A DNA stretch of 64,000 bases from a virus. Within the stretch, counting starts at the first letter, position 1; the number at the start of each line of letters is the position of its first letter. The notes under the pieces are model-generated. The model had not been told where the DNA came from. It made no database searches and worked only from the letters and a program-made list of their open reading frames with translations. The position numbers were made by a program, and so were the translations under genes. The stretch covers positions 1 through 64,000 of the IMG/VR virus record IMGVR_UViG_3300037042_003896. One strand, 5' to 3'. This document shows positions 56,827 through 64,000 of this stretch, piece by piece.

Positions 56827-59800
56827 TTATAATGCTTTAATAGCTTTAACGATTGAACCATTTCTTGAAGTTTTATCTTTTGGTTTCTTTTTGTAACTTT
56901 CAACTTCATAAGTACCATCATCATTCTTTTTATATACAGCATCAAATCCTGTAGGTATTCCAGAATTTGACGCTGTTGCACCTGCTCCACTAGTATCAAA
57001 TTGTGCAAAAGGATTGTAATTCTGAGCTTTCATTTGATCGTTGTATCTATAGTTATATAGATTTTCATATACACCAAGTTGTCTATTTTCTAATTTATTC
57101 TTAGCATATTTATCACTAATAGAATTTAAAGCAGCAAGTGTTGTAGCTTTAGTATTTGACAATGCTTCTTGTTGTCTTACGTACTGTTGATCAAGTCCTT
57201 GCAGATTTTTCAATTGAGCATCATTGAGAATATTTCTATTTTCACTATACACTTTATCTTTCTCAGCTTGATTTAATCTAAACTGTTCAGCTAACACTTT
57301 CTGATTAGCTCCATATTTCTGTGCATTTAATGATGCAAGAGCAGCAGGATTATATCCTGACATTCTTTGTGCACTTCTATAATCAGCTTGGTTCTCATTC
57401 ATTATATCTTGCAATGATATATCATAAGGAACAGTTAACTCAGGTTGATAATTTTGATATTGAACAGGTTCCACTTTATTATTAGACATAGCATACATTT
57501 CTCCTGCTAACTGATTAGGATCTAATTGTTCTTGATCTGTTGGTCTAAGATAAGGAATCAATGTATTTAATGCAGGTATCCAAGGAAACTTGGGTTTATC
57601 TTCAATAGGAGGAGTGTATGGAATTCTTGTAGTTGTGTTATCTGTTGTAACAGACATTCCAGGAAGTTTAGTAGTTTCTTGTGGAGGAGGAATAAGATTT
57701 AATAGTTCTTTAGAAGCCCAACCATATCCAAGTTTTTTATCAATGAACGGTGTTTTTCCATAAAGTTCTTTATGCCTTGCTTCAATTAAAGGTTTAGATT
57801 GAGGATTATTTAAAAGAAACTTTTGAAATTCTTCATTTCCTTGTCCTGTAAATCCAAGATTTTCTGCAATTTTATCCCATTCTTCTCCAGTAAAACTTGA
57901 TTTAGTTTTCATCCCATAACGATCACCAGGACTAGTGTTTCCTTTCCAAGGAACTAATCCATATTTACTTATATATCCAGATGGTTGTGCTATAGGAGGT
58001 TGTCCTGAACTTCTTATTGCTGCTTCACGTTTTGTAGCATTATCACCAGCAAGTTTTGTAGTAGATTTACCAGTAGTTTGAACAGGAGATGGACTAATAG
58101 GTTTTCCTGTAGTCTTACTATACCATTGTTTAAATTCAGGAGTTTGAGCACTTTCTATTCCATAATGAAGAATATTTTTTACAAAATCATCATATGATAA
58201 ATTCATTTCACCGAGATATTTATCTTTCAAATATTTATTATAAATATCTCGGTGTACATTACGATTTTTTTCTAACTGAACATCTTTACGATGACTTGTT
58301 CCACTTTTCCATTTTTCTTCAAAAATTTTCTTATTTTGTGGAGTATCTATATTATTTTTATTACTTCCTGTTCTACTAGTAATTTCATTAAGCCAATTAC
58401 TATATGCAGTTTCTTTTTCAGAATCCCAACCATGTTGTGCTTTAGGAATACTTGTACCAAATTCAGCAGAATTTGAGAAAGCATTTTTATCTATCTTAAC
58501 TTCACCACGAGCAAGATTATCAGCTATAAATCCATTTTCATCTGCTGTTGCATTTAACGCTTCCTGATAGTTAGCTAAGTTTTGTGTATCTGCTGCATAT
58601 TTTTTCAACTTCATATTTCCACCATCAATAGTTGCCTTTAATGATGTAAGTTTAAGTTTATCAAAAGATGTAGTTGAATCAAGTTCATTTAATTCATTTG
58701 TAGCTTTTGCAATCTTTTTATTCTCACGATTAGTTTTATTAGCTATATGGTGTTCTATTCTTTTGAATTTCTTTCCACCATATTCATCAGCAAGTTCTAT
58801 GAGTTCTTTATCGTTAGTTGCCATTGCTAATTTTTTATCAAATTTAAGATTACCAAATACAACAAGACTATCTTCTTGTCCACCATTCTGTAATTTAACA
58901 GCAGGTTCACCTCTCTCTACTTCTACATTAGCCTCAGCATTACCACCTGTTTCAAATTTAGAATATGATGGTTGTGTATTTCCATATGATACACCTATTC
59001 CTGTATTACCCTGACCATCAGTTTCTTCATGTGAGTTTCCTTTAAACATAACAGTTTCTCCACCATCAGGTAGATATGGATTATAAGAAATAGGTTCAGC
59101 ATATCCACCCCAATGAGTTTGTAATTCTCCACCCATTGCCATAGATTGTTGTGTGAATAGATTTTGTCTTATGTTACCTCCTGTTCTAAGAGAATCCATT
59201 CCTTCGTGTGCAAAATCATAAACGTCTTGTGCTGTGTGGTCTCCAAAATAATTAATAAGTTGTGGATTAATATTTCCACCATCTCTTACATAAGAATTAT
59301 ATTGAGCGTGAACACCTTTGCCAAAGTTTGCTCCTGCTGTTCTTCCAATATTTCTTGTAGTAGCAGCTTGGGCATTTTTAATCTTTTCAGGATTTGTATC
59401 AATTAGATTTCCACCAACTGTACCTACAGTTTTACCAATAAGTTGTCCTACAGGTCCCCATATACTACCAATTGCTCCACCAACTTCACCTCCAATATCA
59501 GCACCTGCACTATCACCACCACTAAGTTGTGTAGCAGCATTTCCTACTGCTTCTGTACCTCCTGCATTAGCAAATTGTCCAACTCCTCCCCCTGCTCCTC
59601 CTGCAAATTGTGAAGTGCTTCCAAATTTTCCTTTTGATGCTGCTGATATAAGTTCTCCCCATTGTGCTTGGCGAAGATTTCCTCCCATTCTATATTGTTT
59701 AACTATATCAGAATCATTAAGAGGTTCAAATCCAAGATCATCATATAATGTATTAGGAGCATACGTATTCTGTATTTCTCCCCCACCTTGTAACATATAT

Positions 59801-60663
59801 CCATTCCTTGCAAGAGGATTTGTACCCACACCATATATAGGAAAAAATTCTTGACCTGTATTAACAGGCATCATTGCCTCTCTTTTTTTATTTATGTTTT
59901 CAGATAATTGTCTTTGAGAATCAACATCTACCTGTTCAGTAGCTTTAGCAGTTGCCTTACTAACACCTTCTGCTTGTCTAGCTTTTCTTACTGCTTCTTT
60001 TTCATCTTGTACTTTTTGAACTAGTCCTACCACTTTTTCAACAATAGGAAGTCCTTGTGCCCAATTAACTTTTGTTCCAGGTTTATTTTGACCACTACCA
60101 GCAGTTTGATTAAGCAAATTAGAAATATTATTATTATCCCCCTCCATAGTATATTGATCAACAGGGACAGCATTTGGACTAGTTGCATATGTAGGAGGAG
60201 ATGTACCATTAGGATTCCATTGAGTGTTCATAGCTGAACCAAAATTTACTTCAGTTCCTGGATATGCTTTGGGAATATTTATTCCTCTTTTCCCCGATGA
60301 CATACTACCAGCAACTTTAGCAATATCCCCTATAGAGGATGCGATTTTTCCAAGATCAAATCCTCCACTACTTCCAGAAGTAGCTCCTTGTTGTGTGGCT
60401 TGAAGCATAGCTTGTTGATATGTTTGCTGTTGTCTTTCTGCTTCAGTAGACCCTGTAACAGATTTATCAGCTTGATTATAATATTGACCATAGTCAAGTG
60501 GTGCAAAACCTGTAGTAGGAGAAGATTTATCCATAGATACTCCCACTTGAGCTTTTTTAAATTCTTTTCCATGAGCCTTCATAAAGGCTGCTTCTGTTGG
60601 GAATTTTTTGTAAAAGGATTTTATATCCTTAACTTTAGCAATTTTTAAAATCGTGTCTATCAT
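56827..60663 (-). CDS. Large virion-internal cargo protein with xxGG motifs
   Basis: ATGA overlap gives a start at 60663; GNSHEE..EVERGE..VFG domain; Gly-rich hydrophobic segment. Confidence 0.7.
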   Translation of the reverse strand: MIDTILKIAKVKDIKSFYKKFPTEAAFMKAHGKEFKKAQVGVSMDKSSPTTGFAPLDYGQYYNQADKSVTGSTEAERQQQTYQQAMLQATQQGATSGSSGGFDLGKIASSIGDIAKVAGSMSSGKRGINIPKAYPGTEVNFGSAMNTQWNPNGTSPPTYATSPNAVPVDQYTMEGDNNNISNLLNQTAGSGQNKPGTKVNWAQGLPIVEKVVGLVQKVQDEKEAVRKARQAEGVSKATAKATEQVDVDSQRQLSENINKKREAMMPVNTGQEFFPIYGVGTNPLARNGYMLQGGGEIQNTYAPNTLYDDLGFEPLNDSDIVKQYRMGGNLRQAQWGELISAASKGKFGSTSQFAGGAGGGVGQFANAGGTEAVGNAATQLSGGDSAGADIGGEVGGAIGSIWGPVGQLIGKTVGTVGGNLIDTNPEKIKNAQAATTRNIGRTAGANFGKGVHAQYNSYVRDGGNINPQLINYFGDHTAQDVYDFAHEGMDSLRTGGNIRQNLFTQQSMAMGGELQTHWGGYAEPISYNPYLPDGGETVMFKGNSHEETDGQGNTGIGVSYGNTQPSYSKFETGGNAEANVEVERGEPAVKLQNGGQEDSLVVFGNLKFDKKLAMATNDKELIELADEYGGKKFKRIEHHIANKTNRENKKIAKATNELNELDSTTSFDKLKLTSLKATIDGGNMKLKKYAADTQNLANYQEALNATADENGFIADNLARGEVKIDKNAFSNSAEFGTSIPKAQHGWDSEKETAYSNWLNEITSRTGSNKNNIDTPQNKKIFEEKWKSGTSHRKDVQLEKNRNVHRDIYNKYLKDKYLGEMNLSYDDFVKNILHYGIESAQTPEFKQWYSKTTGKPISPSPVQTTGKSTTKLAGDNATKREAAIRSSGQPPIAQPSGYISKYGLVPWKGNTSPGDRYGMKTKSSFTGEEWDKIAENLGFTGQGNEEFQKFLLNNPQSKPLIEARHKELYGKTPFIDKKLGYGWASKELLNLIPPPQETTKLPGMSVTTDNTTTRIPYTPPIEDKPKFPWIPALNTLIPYLRPTDQEQLDPNQLAGEMYAMSNNKVEPVQYQNYQPELTVPYDISLQDIMNENQADYRSAQRMSGYNPAALASLNAQKYGANQKVLAEQFRLNQAEKDKVYSENRNILNDAQLKNLQGLDQQYVRQQEALSNTKATTLAALNSISDKYAKNKLENRQLGVYENLYNYRYNDQMKAQNYNPFAQFDTSGAGATASNSGIPTGFDAVYKKNDDGTYEVESYKKKPKDKTSRNGSIVKAIKAL

Positions 60664-63575
60664 GATTGAGAGTATTTTGATAACCAACCACCAACGGTGG
60701 GTTTATTATAATTTGTAAAGTTAGTTAATTGATCAAGATGTTCAGTAGTTTTTTCATCTAAATTATTTATGCCATTGCGAGCCATAGGATACTCTGTAAC
60801 AGACTTTCCTTTGAATCTATAATCTTGTCCAGGTTCCATGTATTTAGTGTCTCCTGTGTCAGATATACCCCATAGAGGTTGATCTACACCTTCCATTGTA
60901 ATATTATTACTGTTTATTCTAACAGGATGCCCCCAATTTTTAGGATTCCAATATCCTCTATTATCAGTTTTTATTTGTCCGCCTGATTTAAGGGTATTGG
61001 TTCTTTCTCCATTTATTGTATATTCTCCTGGTTTAAGCCCCACATATTTACGTATTAAGTCAAGATTATTATTAAATGCTTTATCATAATTTGAATTAAA
61101 TGTTTTATCATTATTATAAAGAATTTTATTTACATAATCTTTTGTTTCAGTAGGAAGTTGTTCTATCCATTTAGAATCATTATAAATATCATATCCTGAA
61201 TCTTTTAATTCTGTAAGTTTTTTTGAGAGATTTCCTCTTCCCCAATTATATGCTGCAAGAGTTTTAGCTTGTCTTATTTTATCATCTTGATTTGGTTTAT
61301 TAATAAAATCAGCATTATAAAGATTATTCATGTACCATTTTTGTACAGCAATAGCATCATCAGAATTAAGAGGATTAATAGTTTTTTTACCACTTTTTCC
61401 TTTTTCTAAATAATCTTTTATAGCATCTTCTTTTAACTGCACTAATCCTTTTGCGTTAGATTTTTTATTTATAACATTTGAATTAAATCCAGATTCTTTA
61501 TAAGCTTGCCTTGCTAATATATCTAAAGGAATTTCTATTCCATCTTGACTAATGTTATTTGGTTTCCAATCTAAGCCGTGTTGATAGAATTGCATTTCTT
61601 TTCCATTCTGTGCAGAAGGCATTGTTTTCTTTGCATATTTTCCTTCTGAAGGAATATCTCCTGTTCTTACAAATGCACTTGGGAGAACTCCTCCCATTTG
61701 CATATCTTTTCCTTTTGTTCTTATTGGGAAAGGAATGGCTTGATTCTTTTCCACATAAGGATGTCTAACGTTTATATCCCAATCATCTGCTTCTTGCCAT
61801 GTTTTAAAAGGTCCACCTAAATAATCACCTGTTTCTCTGTATTCTTTTAAAGGATCTTCAAGAGGTTGTCCATATTTAAATGAAGGAATTAAATAAGCAG
61901 GTTCTCCATCTTCTCCTCCTATAGACATAGCTAATTCAGAACTTGGATCTCTATTTGGTATTTTATATCCTGTTGGAAGTTTTTCACTATTTGGTTGAAG
62001 AAATTTGTCTTCTGATATATATTTACTTGTCCATCCACCATTCTGAAACTGTCCTCCCCAAGCAGGACTATAATTCCTTCCTGATGTGTCATTACCTATT
62101 CCTACAAATCCTTCAGGTAGAGAAACATTGCTATTGTTATAATTTACTTCTCCTCCATTTTTATGTATTGTTTTATACGCATCATCAACAGATAATCCTA
62201 TATCACTGGCAAGTTTACCTGTTATAGGTGTTTGAACTCCTCTTATGTTTAATTTATTATTAACAAATGCATTTAACGCAGGATTTACATATTGAGTAGA
62301 AAGTCCTAATCCTCTATTAGCATAATCAATTAAATTTGGTGTAATAGTTGTAGGTGCTACTAAAGCACTTGGATTATTTTTCCACCATCTTGCAGTAGCA
62401 TAAGAATTTGTTGATGGAGTAAAAGACCTTGTGTTTAACCCTAATGTTTGTGGAAGTATATTTAATAAAGCTCCCGTAGCATTATTCATTGCTCCTGTAT
62501 AATTTCCTTCACTATAATCCATTCCTGCATCCCAAGCATCCATTGCCCCTGCACTATATGCTAATGGGGGTATCGTACCTGCTGTGAACATATTAGCTAA
62601 ATTAATTGCTGTTTTAGATCCATAATGTATTCTATCCCATTGTGTGTGTTTCTCTTCTTCTTTTTTAATTCTTTCTGCTAATTCATTATCCATTTTATTC
62701 TCTTGCTTATCAGGAGAAATAGAATATTCTTTTACAGGAACATGATAATTAGGACTTCCATAATAAGGATTCCTTACATCTTTAGATATTTGTTCTGCTT
62801 GTTGTTTAGATATATAAGGTTGTCTATTAGTAGCATCATTGGGGACTTGTTCTATTGGTTGTGGATTATAATTTTCAGAGGGATTTCCAAAAATATATTG
62901 TAGTGCCTCCTGTGTTAATGCTTGTTTAGGAGTTATATTTTTTTGATTATACTTCTCATAAGGGATTGATGTAGATATTTTTTCTTTTTTTCCACCAGTT
63001 TGCATTTTCTTATATGGAGTTTTTTCTACACTATCGTCATCATAAAAATTTAATAAATAATCTCCTTCAGATTCACCATTATATGTATTTTTATTTAACC
63101 ATTGCTTTTCTGTACGTACAAGAGATTTATCAATAGGTTTACTAAATTGAGGAGTTTCTCTTGGAATTAATTTTTTTTCTGTAGAAGTTATTCCTTTTGA
63201 TTTAAGTTTCAATATTTGTGCAATAGTAGGAGGATTTGTTGGTTTTTTATATAAAGGAACTCCTTGTCTATACGGATTATTTACATCTCCTATCATTTGA
63301 TAATCAACAGCATCTATATGAGGTCCTTTATTACTACCTATATTATTTGCAGGATTATTACTAACATATTTATTATTAATTCTATCATAATCTGCATTTG
63401 TAAAAAATGGATTGTCTCTACCTAATTTAAGTAATTCTGTACCTGCTTTATATAAATTTAAACTATCCTGATATGATTTATAGGCAAGATCTTGTCTACT
63501 TAATATAGTGGGACCAGATATAGTTGTTCCACCATCAGCAATTTCTGTGTATTTATCTAACCAACCTTTTTTCAT
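60660..63575 (-). CDS. Virion protein with an SLT lytic transglycosylase domain
   Basis: KESGFN..AKGLVQL..LAAYNWGRG..ETKDYVNKI. Confidence 0.8.
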   Translation of the reverse strand: MKKGWLDKYTEIADGGTTISGPTILSRQDLAYKSYQDSLNLYKAGTELLKLGRDNPFFTNADYDRINNKYVSNNPANNIGSNKGPHIDAVDYQMIGDVNNPYRQGVPLYKKPTNPPTIAQILKLKSKGITSTEKKLIPRETPQFSKPIDKSLVRTEKQWLNKNTYNGESEGDYLLNFYDDDSVEKTPYKKMQTGGKKEKISTSIPYEKYNQKNITPKQALTQEALQYIFGNPSENYNPQPIEQVPNDATNRQPYISKQQAEQISKDVRNPYYGSPNYHVPVKEYSISPDKQENKMDNELAERIKKEEEKHTQWDRIHYGSKTAINLANMFTAGTIPPLAYSAGAMDAWDAGMDYSEGNYTGAMNNATGALLNILPQTLGLNTRSFTPSTNSYATARWWKNNPSALVAPTTITPNLIDYANRGLGLSTQYVNPALNAFVNNKLNIRGVQTPITGKLASDIGLSVDDAYKTIHKNGGEVNYNNSNVSLPEGFVGIGNDTSGRNYSPAWGGQFQNGGWTSKYISEDKFLQPNSEKLPTGYKIPNRDPSSELAMSIGGEDGEPAYLIPSFKYGQPLEDPLKEYRETGDYLGGPFKTWQEADDWDINVRHPYVEKNQAIPFPIRTKGKDMQMGGVLPSAFVRTGDIPSEGKYAKKTMPSAQNGKEMQFYQHGLDWKPNNISQDGIEIPLDILARQAYKESGFNSNVINKKSNAKGLVQLKEDAIKDYLEKGKSGKKTINPLNSDDAIAVQKWYMNNLYNADFINKPNQDDKIRQAKTLAAYNWGRGNLSKKLTELKDSGYDIYNDSKWIEQLPTETKDYVNKILYNNDKTFNSNYDKAFNNNLDLIRKYVGLKPGEYTINGERTNTLKSGGQIKTDNRGYWNPKNWGHPVRINSNNITMEGVDQPLWGISDTGDTKYMEPGQDYRFKGKSVTEYPMARNGINNLDEKTTEHLDQLTNFTNYNKPTVGGWLSKYSQS

Positions 63576-64000
63576 TATTTATAAGAGATTTGAGATGGGG
63601 TTATAATAAATTGGGAAACTAAATTTACATCAGATCTATCATCTAATATATGTCTCACCTTTAATTCTTTTGCTCTAAGTGGTTCCTTTTTAAATGATCT
63701 TGTTGAATAATCCATATTAGCCTGTACAAGTACTTTGTCTATAGAAAGATTATCACAACTTCTTTCAAACATTGGTGTAGTCTTATTTTGTAATACTGAC
63801 CAGAATGTATTATATTGATAGAAGTTATCACTCTTGGTATATGTTATAGTCTTACTATCAACATTATATTTAGGATAGGATAAATACTGACTAAGATTGT
63901 GTAAAGGTTTTGGAACAAGTTCAAGAAGTCCTGTACATTGTTGTCCATTGTATAGAATAGCTTTATTGAACCAAGCATCGTTCACTTCTATTTTATTATA
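63575..64000 (-). CDS. C-terminus of a tail/stabilisation protein (5' end outside window)
   Basis: Frame is open to the window end; FNKAILYN.QQ.TG; position in the crAss-like gene order. Confidence 0.55.
   Translation of the reverse strand, partial: YNKIEVNDAWFNKAILYNGQQCTGLLELVPKPLHNLSQYLSYPKYNVDSKTITYTKSDNFYQYNTFWSVLQNKTTPMFERSCDNLSIDKVLVQANMDYSTRSFKKEPLRAKELKVRHILDDRSDVNLVSQFIITPSQISYK

Noticed and set aside
34579-62903. Many short + strand ORFs opposite the giant genes
   Set aside because: Antisense shadows with no motifs or expression signals.
1-64000. tRNA or rRNA genes
   Set aside because: No cloverleaf or rRNA-like segment recognised by eye; tRNAscan was not run.

Overview
This is a 64 kb AT-rich fragment of a crAss-like (Crassvirales-type) phage that probably infects a Bacteroidota host, and it reads in the standard genetic code. 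Host assignment rests on TAnnTTTG promoter boxes, mostly SD-less starts and a lipoprotein carrying D-S/T-x sequons. The + arm (1-20.2 kb) holds replication and nucleotide genes: primase, DUF932, an atypical UNG, rIIA- and rIIB-like genes, a PD-(D/E)XK exonuclease, DUF5664, class II RNR and RecA. rIIA and rIIB are each split by a group I intron with a LAGLIDADG ORF, and both sets of splice sites can be read from the sequence. The convergent - arm (20.2-64 kb) holds late and virion genes: internal proteins with recurring xxGG motifs, a 4809-aa virion RNA polymerase (DFDID), a 1936-aa polyvalent protein, a lysis module and two repeat-rich fibres. The best candidate for an undescribed system is at 19.5-27 kb. 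There, three glycosyltransferase-like genes (one resembling plant HPAT/SERGT peptidyl O-glycosyltransferases), a sulfotransferase and a sugar O-methyltransferase are interleaved with three tiny poly-Thr-tailed proteins. One of these shares its N-terminus with a fibre protein, which suggests a phage-made, mucin-like sulfated glycan coat on the virion. All family assignments come from motifs recognised by eye; no searches were run.
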